Below, one piece after another: positions 35,889-49,701 of a DNA stretch of 64,000 bases. Every line of letters starts with the position of its first letter. Within the stretch, counting starts at the first letter, position 1. Both the position numbers and the translations under genes were made by a program. The stretch is from Podarcis muralis (lineage: Eukaryota): positions 71,548,001 through 71,612,000 of the forward strand of contig NC_135659.1 in the NCBI RefSeq assembly GCF_964188315.1, in the 5' to 3' direction. The notes under the pieces were generated by a model. The model was given only the letters and a program-made list of their open reading frames with translations, did not search any database and was not told the DNA's origin.

Positions 35889-36008
35889 ACAGGTGGCTAA
35901 TTTGTGTCCTTCCAGATATTGTGGTATTATAACTCCCAAATTCTTTGACCATTGGCTCCTGCTGGGCCTTAGGGGAGGTAGAGTCCAACAACATCTGTTA
36001 GCCACTCT
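35889..36008. mobile_element. Small palindromic hAT-type MITE (old copy)
   Basis: AGGTGGCTAA...TTAGCCACT ends; internal CCAGATATTGT...ACTCCC / GTCCAACAACATCT. Confidence 0.5.
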
Positions 36009-36840
36009 TAGACTACATATTATGTCTCCTAGATAGCAGTGGGTGGTATCCTGGCTTCTCTTTTGGGCTCTATCAAAACTTGCCAAGAATGAGGCTCATA
36101 TCAGCTCCAATTTATCAGTTGCTTCCTGTCTTCCATATGACCTTCTCAAGAACTGCTATCTCGCCTTTAGCATGTAAGCTGCTTTCTCAACTGTGAATAA
36201 AGTTCAGCTTGGTGAAGGTCGGCTGCTGAAATACAAGGCAGTTTCACACATGAGGCTTAAATGGACTTTGTTTTAGATTCTTCATGAAAAAGTGAGGTTC
36301 TTCACAGAAATATGAAGTCTCTACATTGATCTCTGTGTGTGTTCAGTTTCTTCTCTGCTGCCTGAACTACATTTATAAGTGATACGGAGAATCACAAGAG
36401 AGGCATAAATGCACTTTTTAGTGTCACAGATTAAATTGCTCTAAGAGAAGTGACTCGCAAGGCATCTTTTCATAAACTTAGTGATTGAAGACTTGGGAAC
36501 AACAACCTCTTGGTAAACTAGGCTAGCATGGAATCCAACAGATGATTCTGCTAGGCACAAATGTACAGAAAATGTACCTGGGACATAAACACAAAGAGGA
36601 GAATGCTGTTGAAAGTCACTGTGATAATGTGACACAGAAGCATCTCTCGAGGGTGCACATTCCTATCTTGTTACAGTCTGTATCCTTTATCTCACTGTTA
36701 ATCATCCTAAACCTGTTACCTCTGTTTAAAGGATCCAGTAGGTCAGGCTACTACTGTCGGGTCCTTTTCTATGCACAAAGCACTAGGATGCAGCCACTGA
36801 AGACTTCCACTCACTACTTGCCCTGCCCTGTGCTTTCCAG

Positions 36841-36948
36841 GTGAACAGCATGAAAGAACTGTACCTGCTGATTGAAGAGGAGGAGCTGAACCCCCAGCAG
36901 CAAGCAGATAACAAGATGTGTATCAGAGATACCTGGTCTCAGGACTCG
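36841..36948 (+). CDS. MTCL2: MTCL2 coding exon (VNSMKELYLLIEEEE...WSQDS)
   Basis: Acceptor gctttccAG|GTG, donor TCG|gtgaga; 108 nt, phase 0/0. Confidence 0.94.
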
Positions 36949-38224
36949 GTGAGATGTGATGAGGTGCCCTGCTGGGGGAATTTTCTTCCTGCTTGGGATG
37001 CAGTGAAGAAAGTTCCCCACAAAGAGCACTTAGGCCTGTACCTCTGTGGTAGCTGAAGATCCGTGGCATCTCCCATTAAAAGGATCAGGTAGCAAGTGGT
37101 GCAAAAGACCTCTCATTTCCCGAGACTCTGGAATTCTGCCAGTCACAGAAGACAGTTCTGGGATAGGAGGACAAATAGTATGGGCTGAGTCCAACCAAGT
37201 TGTGCTGGTGGAACAACTTCTGTCTGTGTAACAGAAGTTCCTATCCCTCTGGTCTTCCCAAGTACCTTTTGCACCCCACCCAGATTTGGAGAACCACCTG
37301 TGCAGATCTGGGAGGTGGTGCTTGGGGAGAAGAGAAGGAGGGGAAGTTCTGTCGTGCAAATCATTCCACTGGCACAGCGACTTTGTTAGATGCTCCCCAA
37401 AGACCTGCATAGAAGGCAGCTTCCTATGTCAGTTCCTGAGACCTAGACCCTAAGTAATCCTTTGGTTTTTCATGGAGCACCAAAAAAGGGGAGGGGTTAG
37501 TGCAACTTTTTTTTTTTTACCTTCCAGGATAATTTCCCCTCTCTTGTACACTGCACATTCTCTCCACCCCAGAGGAGGAGGGATGAGGGCAACAAGTGGT
37601 GCACTCCCTGACGAAGAGGGGCTCATTCTGTGAAGCTGATTGTAGCAGCAGTGCAATTAATTAATGGGTGAAGGGAAAGAACCCTTAGATGGACAGCAGT
37701 AGTACTCACTGAGAACCAACGGAGGGGTAAAGCTGGAGCACAAGTTGCTCAGAAGGCTTGTCTATCCAGACCGTGCCACACTCTTCAGCCACCATAAATG
37801 CTAGAACTGTTCTCTGATGTTCACTGTGTTTTGTTTGTTTGGAGTATTTACTTTTGCCCCACTCCCTCCCAGAAAAAATTCCTGCCAATGCCCATGTGTG
37901 CAAAAAGTCTTAGATAGTCATTAGATCACCTATCCAGGGAAGATGTTCTTCACCAGCATTTTTCTGGCTGCTGATTCAGTAACTACTTGGTTACTCAGGT
38001 CAGTTTAACCTGGGCTGCTTATTTCTCCTGCTTTTTAACCAATCCCCACAAACCACAGAGAAGTACTTTGAGGCTGGGCAGGGCACAGATGTCTGCTTTT
38101 GCTCACCGTAAACTGATTATTCAGACTAAACTGCTTTTCCCATGAACTCCCAACTCTGAGAAAAGTGGCATAGTTTAAATTCAGTTTTTTTAAAAAAAAT
38201 AATAATCAGTTAATGAGCTTCCTT

Positions 38225-38435
38225 ATTGCATTTATTACTTTCACTTCACTATCATTTATATCTGACCCTTCCCCCAAGGAGCTAAGCATAGCAGGCCCCC
38301 TCCCACTGCTTTTTTATAGCAATCCTGCCAAACAGGTTGGGCAGAGAGATTATTGTGATTGGCCCTTCAGAATGTTGAGTGTGGATTTGAACTTGGGTCT
38401 CTCCAGTCTTAGTCCAGCACCCTAACAATTACACA
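38225..38435 (-). mobile_element. MIR/Squam3-like SINE, decayed
   Basis: GGATTTGAACTTGGGTCTCTCCAGTCTTAGTCCAGCACCCTAAC is the reverse complement of a tRNA-like head; core and L2-type tail lie to the left. Confidence 0.5.
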
Positions 38436-38673
38436 TGAACATACACGGGCTGTCTTGCAGGGGATTAGTCTAGAATCTAGATGACCCTTGGTGTTCCTTC
38501 CAGCTCTATGATTCTATTATTCTCCCTTCCTTTAGTTCAGAGTGCATGCTTCTCCTTCAAACCCCCCTCTCTTTTTGACTGCATAAGGATTCTGAAAAGT
38601 GATGGCCGTTGTCTATAACGTGGTGTATGTATGGCAGTCATACTTTATTATGCATTTTTTGTATTTCTAGCAG

Positions 38674-38841
38674 GCCAATGAGTATATCAAGACCCTATCA
38701 GACATGAAGGTGACCTTGAAGGAGCTGTGCACAGAGTTGCGCGAAGAGAGAAGAGGCATGAACGAACTGCAGCAACAGTTTGCCAAGGCTAAGGCGACCT
38801 GGGAAATGGAGAGAACTGAGCTCAAGTGTCTCATCGCACAG
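38674..38841 (+). CDS. MTCL2: MTCL2 coding exon (ANEYIKTLSDMKVTLKEL...KCLIAQ)
   Basis: Tandem acceptor ttcTAGCAG|GCC (alternative start 38671), donor CAG|gtcaga; 168 nt, phase 0/0. Confidence 0.94.
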
Positions 38842-41800
38842 GTCAGATATCCAAGCATCACATTTTTACTCTCTCAAACTGCATAAAGTTTATCTTCACT
38901 CTAAACAGACAGCAGCACACATTCTCTGTGTTACCTTGCATGCTTCAAATCATGAGCTTCATTTAGGTTTGGCAAGGAGTGGGCAAGTGCAAACCATAGT
39001 TTGCCTATTCATATGTAACAGGAAACAATGACATGTCTAACCAAGAGTGATGGGGACCATCAGGGGTTCATAAATGGATGAGGAAGCACACAAGCCCAAA
39101 TATACCATCATTTGGCATTATGTTTAGATCAGCCTGTTGCATGAGAGGTCTGTCACTGTATTGAGATATTCAGTCATTTCTGATGATTTTGGGACCATCA
39201 GGCGTGAAATAAGTGATGCTTTATGGTGAAGTGGAATACCCAAACTCAGAGCATGTTTTGATAAAGTGGGGATGATTCCCACAGCTTGTGATTTGGAATT
39301 GGGCTTGGCTAACAAATGAGATCCATTGTTTCAGAGACCCAATTATGAACCATTTTCATACTCCATTGTTATCCCAATGGAACCACTGGGAGGACAGTGT
39401 TGTATCTAGGTGGTACGTACATGAGATAGGTCGAGAAATGGATCAGGGTGTTCTGCCGCTTTTGTATTTATATTCCCCCCCCCCCCTGCTATATGCAGGA
39501 AAAGCCTTTTTGCCAGCCAGGACTAACATAATCTGGCACTCTGCCCTAGAGTGTGTTCTTGCAAAGAGGCAATAAAACTCAAGCTTCCTGACTGTAGCTG
39601 TGTGGGAGCCTGCTGCAGAAATGGCTGAGTGACAGTGCTTCTGAGCAAGAGCTCCCTTCAGAGGAAGCTGTAAGCCAGCCCACGGGCTTTCCTTCCATGT
39701 GTTCTCATTTCTTGGTTGATGCACGAGGGAGCCTCCAGATATGTACAAAGCAGCAGCTGCAAACCTTGCCTCTGGCATTATGCCTCTACACATACAGCTG
39801 ACTCATGAGGAGGGTTTCCTTAGCAGATCCTGTGGCTTTCCTAGGCTGCCGCTGCATCAACTAAGAAGAGTCTGTCTGCTCACAAGCAGCACGGCAGCAT
39901 CTGGGCATCCTTTGTCCTCTTCCCTCCCTACCTCCTGTTAACACAGTGGTCTGTTCCATACAGCCTAAGGGTTGTCCATAGAGTGTAACCTGTGTTGTCC
40001 TCATGTGTGCACATTCCTATAACCGCACGGCAGATGTAGCGCATGAACAGCACTGCGCTGCTAGCTATTTTTCATGATCTTGGTGGCACTTTTTCAAGTT
40101 GTCATGACAACAGATACTGTATCCAGGTATGCGCTGGGTCGCACATTGCATTCAGCACATAATTGCACCCTTGGGACAGTTTGGCAACAACATATACAGT
40201 ATAGCAGCTTTGGCTTATGTGAGTTGGGCCCTAGTAATGCCACTATCCCCAGTGTGTTTGTCTTTTAAACCCTGATCTGTTAGGCAGGTTAAGGGTCATA
40301 TAACTACTCTGGGAGCATGTGGCATTGCCAGCTGTCCACTCTAGTTGTTATAAGAATTATTTTTCAGAAGAAAAGTGTACAAGGGCATTGCTCTAGGGCC
40401 TTTAGAACTATTTCTTATGCCCCCTCTTTGCTACCAGAGGTCCAGTGGTCTGTCAGTAAGAATGAAGGGAGGAGGCAGGAGTCTCTCTCCTTCTTTTCTG
40501 CACTTTCGCTGCTCTGTCTTCTTTCTTGTGTTCTGGTTGTTCCTGAACTCTGTGTCTGTAAGCTGGATAAGATTTCCCCTCTGGGATAGGAAAACACCAA
40601 CACATCAATATTTTGATAGTATGACAGCTACCTCTCCACATCGAAGAACCTTTTTCTTTAATGTGCCTTGGAGTTGATGTCTGGAGTTAACGTCTGGAGA
40701 TCTGTCACCCTGACATCACAGAGCACATCTTCTGTCTCAAGTGTATTCACATTCATGTAGGTGCATGCCCAGAATTATTGCTTCGAGTTGCTTATTCAGC
40801 AGCTTTCTAAATAACATGTGTGTTGAGCTGGGGGGAGCTTGAAGGACGGAAGTGAGAAGACTGTGTCTGCCTCCTGGCTGGTTTTGTGGTTAAGATCAAC
40901 AGTAACATCATCAGTCTTGGAGAAGGGTTGAGTCATCTCCCCTTCCACTTCCGTCACCCAGAAATAACTCAGCCCAAGCACAAATTCACATCTTGCTGTG
41001 CATATAACACTTCCGGTTTTTTACCCATAGATGCAGAACAGTACTGGCAAGGACTCTGTCCTCATAAGAACAGTGCCATTCTGTTCTCTCCTGCTTAAAA
41101 TCTGGTACCTTTCTAGTAGAATGTGAGAGAAATCCCATGACTCTTTCTGCAAAGGGGGAAACAAAACCTTGATTTTTTTTAAAATAATAACAACCTGTTG
41201 TTGAGTTTGGGCCTTGGTAATCTCCTAAAGTCTTCCAGCAAAGCCTAAATGCAACCATTGGATGCGATCCTCTGGTTCCTTTTTCCAAAGCCCCTGTTTG
41301 CTTTTGTCCTTATGTAGCTATCCTGTGCTATTGTTTTTAAAGAGAGAGTTCCAAAATTCTATTGAAAAGAATGTTCAAATGCTTAATTTCTGAACAAGCT
41401 CTGACAAGTCTGAGCTAGGCCCAATCTTAAGGGAAAAAGCAACTCATGTGTCTTGTCTGGATGGACCTGGGAGTTCCAGTGAGCCTTTGTGTCCCCCCCC
41501 AAAAAACCCCCCACACACTGTCTAGTTTTGTTGCTCTTAGTCAGCTGGAGCAAGTGTGAATCCTCTTCTGTAGCTGGTTTTGGAGTGACTCTTCCTTCAA
41601 ACAGCTCTTCTGTCTTACTGTGGATTCCAAGGGAACTGGAGGATAAAAGCAGCCCAAATTTAAGAATACTGCTGATGCAAAATAGTCAGGTGAGAAGTGA
41701 AGTGTGAAGTCAAGAGGATAGGATACTCTGCTTTCTGTGAACACAGATTAAGTGGATCGTTCAGGTTAACATAAAATGTGGAAAGGAAATGCTCCAACAG

Positions 41801-44413
41801 AAGACACTCCATCTCCCTCCCTGCAACACTTCGGCATAGTGGTGCTATATGGTTATCTTAGTGTGCTGCTTACTTTGAAATGGTAGAAGAATGACACATT
41901 CTCTGCTTCAAGATGGAGGGGGGGGGGGACCATAATCTACAAAACACACTGCCAGTCTTGAAACTGATCCCAGAGGCAGCAGTCCGAACTGTGGCCTGCA
42001 AACCACCAGTGGTCTGTGAGTTTCACTTAGGTCTATGGATTTGCGGTTGAAGACAAGAGACAACACATCCATTGCATTAAATATTGTTGGCCAGGCTCCT
42101 TTGGGAGGAAGGAGGAAGGAGGAGATATAAATTGAATAAATAAATGATAATTCATACAGATTTTTAATTGTATATTCATTGCTTCTTTCATTTCTTGTAT
42201 TTTATTGCATTACAATTTGAATTCAATATATAAAAAGAAGCAACAAAAATACAATTAAATGTCATATAGCATTTAGCACTGCATCACAATTGCTATAGAA
42301 GGCAGAATAATCATTAAGACTCTCAACATTTTTCAAATGGTTCATGGGGAAGAAAGTGGTGGAACCACTGGGTTAAAAGGATAGGCATGCTGGTTGTGTT
42401 CCTTGTCTTCAAACCAACCAATTCCACTTTTAGTTCCCTTTTGGAATACACTCAAAGCTTGCATCAAGATAATTGATCTCACAAGATTCCCGGTGATGAC
42501 TCGGCTTATTATTGATGATCTGTCTTCTTAGGTGGGCAAAGGGCCATTCCATTGTCGTAGTAATATCTGCTTTGTGGGCTTTCCCCTTAAGGAAGGCACA
42601 TGCTTGGCCCCACCTTGCCTTCCAGCATCAATCACTCTTGTCTATAAATACTCATCTTCTAGCCAGCCAAGTGATCAGCACCACATGAAGAATTTGGGTG
42701 CAGCTCTTAAGCTGTTTCTATTTTAGCTTCTATTACTAACATCACCAGAATCTTAATGGCAGCAATTGAAGCTGGCTTTATTCATGCATTTTATTGATTC
42801 CCCTCCCTCCCTGCTTTGACTGAGATGAAAGGAAAGATACGCAGCATTATGTGTACCTTACCCAGGGTCTTTGGGGAAATAGGTTTGTTCAGAGGCAATT
42901 CATAGAAATTTTGTCCTTGTTCAGGGTTGTAGGGATCAATACTGATTGCTCTGGTCAAGCTGAACTGTGAGAAACTTGTGGTTTGCAGGAAGTGGAACCT
43001 GTTCCTGAGCAGGAGATATTACTATAGGTGTGATTCACCCCTTCCAAGAAAGCCTAGGGAGCACATTTGAGTTACATTACGAAGGAAGTGTAAGGCTCAT
43101 GGAACAGCAGTGAACAATCCAAACAAGAGTGAATTCTATAGACCTTGTTGGGCAGACCTTGCCAAAATATCACACACGCACACACCTATTAAAATTATAG
43201 ATTTGTATATTTTCATTGCCAAACTGATTCCATGCCCCCCCCCCCACAACATGGAATGAGATGCAGTTGTTAAACTGAGGCTGAATCCATTCTTATTTGT
43301 GCACTAATACCAAAGAACCTTACTCTCTCATCATGACATAGAAGGAGGAGCTGCCATGAGTTGGGATTTCCTTCTCACCAGCATGGCTGACTAATTGAAG
43401 GTCTTGATCAGTCTCTGATTGGGAACTTTCTGGGGTACTAGTATTACTAAGCATAATTCACCCTCAGGCTGGCATACAACAATCTAAGACACAGCATTAA
43501 AAATGTACACTTACAAAAAAATGCAACCACAAAAAATTACTCACGAGTTGATGGTTTGCATGAATAACTGTTCACACAGATCAGAGATAATGCACAGCTT
43601 ATCTATTTGAAGTATTAGCCGAACAAATACAAGTAGAGACCTGCCACAACTTCCTCAGAGAAGAAAACAGACATAGATGCTTATTGTATTGGAGGAGAGC
43701 AGGCAGCGGGCTCCCAGTTTTCCCCCAGCCTAACAAATCTGACCCACTTCTTCCACAGGTAGCCTTATATGTAGTGAACACATGTCAGCTTCTGCTTCTG
43801 GGAGATTCCTGCTTTTTTGGTTGCTAGCAATTTACATGCTACAGATTGAGTAGTTTGAGGAATTTGGGCAGGGAGTTGGGGGAGGTAATTTTTGCAAGCA
43901 CATAAAAGTGTTTAGACTGCACTGCCTGAGCCTTCCACTCATGTATTTGGCTTTTCACCCAGATAGCAAAGTTTGTTAATGGACTATAAGTTGGCAAATA
44001 AGCTGCAGTTACCAGAAACAAATTCAGTGTGCCCAGACAATTGATAAATGTGATAAAACAGATACTGCACCTACTAGAATAGTTTTCTAGGGCATGTCCA
44101 AATGGAACTGATGCAGAGCCTTGGGAATGCTATCCCCCTGCAATAGAGCTATGTGGAACACTTCGTCTTGCACTGGCATTGGACTGGATGCGCTTTCACC
44201 AGGAGCTCGGGTTGTACAGTGTGCACAGCTGACTCCCTGTGTTAAGCATGGTATTATTCTAGGGCAGAAAAAGTGCCCTAGAATAATACAATCCATCTTT
44301 GGTTGATTGTGAAGTTTGTTTTGTTTATTCAAAACTTCAATAAATATATTTTTTTAAAAAAAGAAAAAGTGCCCAAGAAATGTAGAAACTGCTGCCTGGG
44401 TGAGTCCTTAGAA

Positions 44414-44519
44414 CAGAGATGGGGAATGTATGGCCCTCCAGATGTTGGATTTCAGCTACTACCATTCCTTTCCATTGTCCAGGCACAACACCAGGAGAGC
44501 CACAGGTTTTCCAGCATAG
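44414..44519. mobile_element. Small hAT-type MITE (internally deleted)
   Basis: CAGAGATGGGGAAT start, CCCTCCAGATGTTG core; 8-bp flanks CCTTAGAA / CATTAGAA (7/8). Confidence 0.55.
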
Positions 44520-46144
44520 CATTAGAAGATAAAAGTAGTGCTAAAACCAAGATATCACTGCATACAGTCATTCTGCAAATCCAGGAGCATTTCTTGTTCC
44601 TAGTGTGGCTCCTCTGCGCCCTTGTTCTGCCGTTGAACAGGCAAGTGGGGGGTGGGGATAAGGAATAGAGCTGCTGACGCATTAGTCCTTCATTGTCATA
44701 ATCTCTCCACTTACTTATACAATGAGGTGGCAGCTCGTGGTTGAGCCCTTGTAAATTGATGCTACTTTCTTTTTATTACAGCCTCATTTCAGCAGCTGCA
44801 TGAAGACACATTAGGGTTATAATAATGAAGTCTCAAGTAATAACCCACTTGCTGGTACTTTGCTCTGGAGATGCCATTATTAGATCTTCCATGGATTCCC
44901 CCAGATGCCCATTATCTGTTTACTCACCCAGAATGGCATCTGCACTGAACTGCTGCTATGCATAAATGCAGCAAACATGTCCAATTATTATCTGATTAGA
45001 ATAATCATTTCCTATTCAGCTGTCTGAGCTGTCAAGTGCCTGCGGGCCCGAGAAAGGGGGCTCCTAGAATGAGCTTGCTGTTCTCTGGAAGTGCAGTGCT
45101 GTGGCCTTTATTTTGTTGGGGCATGCATTTAACTTGCACACCTAATACATCGTGCTTGCCTCTGATCTCACACAGCTGGCACAATGGGTAGTATGCAAAG
45201 TGTTAACCCCAAGGATTCTCATTGCCCTTAATGCTAATCTCCCAGACAGCAGTTACGTAACCAACTTCCTTGGCATCAGCATGCAGTTAGCTTGTTACTG
45301 GACACCCGAAAGCAGTTTTGGCAGAGGCTGCCAACTCACCTTCTGTCCATCATATACAAGGAAAGACTGTTGGAGAGTCTCTGACTCCTGGGTGACCACA
45401 ACACCAGTATTCTGTTTGTAAGCTGATTACAAGAGCTCACTTGCTGAGCACCATGATTTGGGGGCCTGGCCTGCTCAGAAGGGAATTGATTGCACTGTTG
45501 AGCCAATCATTCCCAAGGCATTTGTCTCTGTGTCTGCTTTGGAAGTCCCTTGATGCTGGCTCTTCCTTGCTATAGTTCACGCTTCCCCTTTCAGAAATTG
45601 CAGTTTGCTGGGCAGCGTGGCTTTTATTGAATATATTTAGATCCACAAATGGAACGCCCTTGTACTAGCCATGTCCTAATTGATATCAGCATGTTTGAAT
45701 AGCATGTTTCATCTAAAGATTCTACGATTGCTGTGAGCTATTCTGTTCCATAAATAATTTCAGATGTCATGTTTCTTCCTCCTTTTTTCCACCTCTGAAA
45801 AGCATATTACCTATGGAGATGTTTACCACTATAGAAATGTTTTACTGCCATTATTAACACACCACACTTCAGAAGCAGCAGTCTCTTTTGCACAATGTTT
45901 TAAGTGGAATTGAAGGAGTGTGGTAATCATCCTCATGGTCACTGTTACATACAGATAAATGAGGGAGCTAATACATGGAGGTTTTCAGTAGGATTTAGCA
46001 CTGTAGCTGGTGAGTCCTCCAGAGACCGTAGGTATTTCCAGAGACATCTAGAGTCCTGGAAGTATTATCGGCCTTTGCAGTGTCTCCCAAAACATCAAGC
46101 AAATAAGAAGCTGTAATAGGATTTAACACTATCCTCTATTTCTT

Positions 46145-46745
46145 CTCTGGTGAGGTTCATTTTTATTGGAATTTCACTTACAACATACCACAAACCCCCC
46201 ACCCCCCAATACACAAATCCACGCTCATTAAACATTAACATAACATACAACAATACAGACAAACAAATAAAAGACTTCCTTTATCCTGTATCTGGCCTCC
46301 TTATTTACTTCTTATAAACTGTTTCCTTTATGAATAATTATTAAGATTTTTCTAATTATAACTTAAATATCCACAAAGTCTCCTGCAGACATTAATCGAA
46401 ACAAGTCCAGGTATGTATTTTAGGGCACTGTTTTGTGAAGGACTCGCTGCATTTTCCTCGTGCTTTTTGAAACTCTTGTCTAGTGTGATCTCTAATTGCC
46501 TGTTAATTTGGCCAGTTCAATATACTCTTAACAGTTTATCTTGCCATTCCTTTTTTGATGGCACAGTTTCTTTTTTCCAGTTTTTAGCAGTTAGGATCCT
46601 TGCTGCTCCTGTGGCATAGAGGAATATTTTCTGATCTTCTCTTGCTATACCTGTGTCCGTTATCCCTAGTAGAAAAGCTTCTGTATTTTTCGTAAAGTTA
46701 TACTTAAACATTTTTTTAAGCTCGCCATACACAATCCTCTATTTC
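46145..46745 (-). mobile_element. L1-clade LINE 3' fragment, antisense to the gene
   Basis: Minus-strand peptide YGELKKMFKYNFTKNTEAFLLGI...ATGAARILTAKNWKKETVPSKKEWQDKL; minus-strand AATAAA near 46162-46167. Boundaries approximate. Confidence 0.82.
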
Positions 46746-48025
46746 TTCTGCATCAGCAATAGCAATTAATCTATCATATTCGAAAGGGGAATATCATAAT
46801 TTGTTTTCTGTTTGTGGCAGTTTACGGTTAGTATGCTATGGGAACAAACTATTTCTCACGCAGTTCTCCGGCCTTGATCTCCATTTGTTATGGGAGTCAT
46901 TCCTTCATGTTATGGAACCTTGTCCATTATCTCCCTGTTTCCAGACAGCTGGTTGCTGCATCAGCAATGTGCTGACCCTTGAGAAAACTGAGTATTTTTC
47001 TCCTTAAAGTAACTCCTTCCATAAAAAGGGCTAAAGCCCAGATCATACTCCTGCAAGCAGACTAATGATGTGCAACATCTAAAAAGCTGACCTTTATAAC
47101 TCTCTCATTGGGTCCCAGACTCATGCGTATTAGTATTAAGTCCTGCTAGAAATAGGTAATTATTTAAAGCAGCAGTGCTCAGAAATGCAAGAACCACTGC
47201 TTGAATGAGAACAATTCCAATTAAAGGCAAGCACAGTGCCCCTTCAGGCTTACCCAGAGTCAGATTGGGACTTGCACTTCACTTGTGCAGTCACCGCAGA
47301 TCATGGGGTTGGCCAGCTACACAGTCTCTGGCTGTAATTGATAGCTGTGCAGTCCAGGAGGCTGTCAAAGATGAAGCTGGAGATCATGGGGCTGGCCAGT
47401 CTCCCGATTCTGGCTGCACAGAGCTGTCAAACGTAGCTATGGATTGCCAGCACCATGGTTGCCTGCTGCCCTGATCTCCTTTCCTCCACTGCCTGTTTCT
47501 TCCCCACCACACTTCCCTAAAATAAAGATACAGTTCCCAGAGTTCCCTGTGAAGAGGGAATGCTTGCTAATCCACACTGAGAACTGTAGCTCTGTGAGGG
47601 GAATAGGGGTCCCCTAACAACTCCCAGCACCTCTAACAAACTACAGTTCCCAGAATTGTTTGTGGGAAGCCATGAGTGTTTAAAGAGGCATCATAGTACT
47701 TTATTTGTGTGGTGTGAATGTAGCCCAAGTCTGATTTTTACCAAATGGAAAAAGGGGAACATAACCAAGTTTTTAGTTACGTTGACATACCTTGTTCTGA
47801 CCGTGTTAAATATTGGCTGCTTTGGAGAAAGGATATGAAGTGCTCCATCTCTCTCCAATTCCTAACCAGTAATTCTACCATGAATATATTCCATTGAACC
47901 TGTCCACCTTTCCAGCACAGCAAGCCAAACAGTCTCCCATAACCAATCTTAGACAAAGGCAAGGAAGCTGCGGCCTTTGATTTAATTGGGTTCCTTGACA
48001 CAGCCACTCCCTTTGTCCCACACAG

Positions 48026-48277
48026 CTGGAATCCAAGCCTGGGAAAGGCCTGACAGAGCGAGCGCTCTCTGACTGGAAGACAGCTCTGAAGAGGGAGAGG
48101 GAGGAGCACCAGCACCTTCTGGCTGAGTCGTACAGCGCCGTCATGGACTTGACCAAGCAGCTGCAGATCAGCGAGAAGAACTGGGACCAGGAGAAGCTGG
48201 AGCTCCTGGACCGATTCAAGGATGAACGGCAGCAGGCAGAGCAGCAAGTGAAGGAGCTGCAGAACAAAATAAACCAG
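48026..48277 (+). CDS. MTCL2: MTCL2 coding exon (LESKPGKGLTERALSDWK...QNKINQ)
   Basis: Acceptor cccacacAG|CTG, donor CAG|gtgaga; 252 nt, phase 0/0; coiled coil. Confidence 0.95.
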
Positions 48278-48431
48278 GTGAGAACGGAATACATTGTGTG
48301 GGTGCAACTCGCCCTCCAAAGTCTCAGTGAGCATTTCAGCAAGTGTGAATATAATGTGCATACCCTTAGCAGAATCAATATAGGATGGCAGCAATGGATG
48401 TTCCTGCATGAGCATAAGTGTGGGTATAGAC

Positions 48432-48605
48432 GCAGAGTGTTGTGGTTGAGTCCAGTCCTGGATTTAAATCCCTGCCCAGCCACAGAACTCCCTGGGTGAC
48501 TTCCAGCCAATCACTAGCCTATTTCTCAAGGTGTTTGGGAGAAGGACAACTCTGTATGCTTTCTGAGCATCATGGAGGAAGGGCAGGATAAAAGCATAAT
48601 AATAA
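48432..48605 (+). mobile_element. MIR/Squam3-like SINE, decayed
   Basis: Box B-like GGATTTAAATCCC, core CTGGGTGACTT, L2-type tail GAAGGGCAGGATAAA and (AAT)n. Confidence 0.45.
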
Positions 48606-49629
48606 TATGAATCAGGATAATGATGCTGGCCAACAAATGCCTATCCCCTAGGCTTCCTTGTTCCCATGAACACATGCATGTGCTTGCATGCAGCACACAC
48701 ACTAGTGGGGTACACATAACCCCCTCTTGTGCAGAGCTGCCAACATGATTTTCTGGTTCCAGGTTCCAACAAAATTCTACTGGGTGATGCTGAGTAGGAC
48801 TAACATTTGATACAACCTTATATAAGAAGCTAAATTTGCATATAATCTGACTGCACTTGGCATTACATGCAATTTTATGTCCTCTTTTGCAGACGGGGTA
48901 CAGGGCCCAAGGATAAATCAGGATCCACACACAATTAATAAGCTGACTGGCAGCCAGAGTGTCAACATATTAAGCTTTCCCCATAATTTCCAGACTAGAA
49001 GAGGCTTGACCTGTTGCATTTCTGCCTGCCTCACAGGTGTTAAAGGCACAAAAGCCTCGCCTTCCCTCCACCACCACACATCCCATCCCAAACCATGCAG
49101 AGAAATCAAGGTTCATGAATTGTGAACCAGCTATGTTACTGTAGATGCATGTGTGTTTTGGACATCAGTAGCTACAAATGAGGCACCTAAATAAAACTTG
49201 AGACCCTCTATCATCGCTCCTGCAGATTTTGCGTGATCTGCAATGGTGGAATAGATCCGTCTGTCCCCCAGTGGCACATTGAACACATTCCTTTGCCAGC
49301 AGTTAATGCTCATTGACTGATCCCCAGCCTGACCCTCTATCACAATGGATCCTAAGCAACACATCTGCCCCCAAGCTCCAGTTTCTCTATTAGTGATTGA
49401 TTTTTTGAAACAGTGTCTCTGCCAGAAATATGTGGGTGCTGCAAGGAACACCCAATATCCCCCGAGTACTGTGATGCCAGTGGGATGTCCCTGCAGGGGC
49501 TGAACCTTGCAGTGCACTCATTAGAAACTGAACAACAACAAAAACAGGTTATTGTCCACAGCAATGCCACTTAGAGGACAAATCGGCTCTTATGTGCAGG
49601 CCCAGCACTAGAATTGCTTTGTTTTTCAG

Positions 49630-49701
49630 CTGCAGAAGGGAGCTGACCTCTGGGCTTTGAAAAACTCTGAAATGGAGAAGCATGGCAGTAGCTGGAAAGA
49701 G
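49630..49701 (+). CDS. MTCL2: MTCL2 small coding exon (LQKGADLWALKNSEMEKHGSSWKE)
   Basis: Not in the ORF track. Acceptor gtttttcAG|CTG, donor GAG|gtaagc; 72 nt, phase 0/0; matches recalled LQKAADPWVLKHSELEKQDNSWKE. Confidence 0.92.

Noticed and set aside
47777-48510. 212-aa and 211-aa antisense ORFs
   Set aside because: They are centred on sense exon 48026-48277 and show the same shadow-frame effect.
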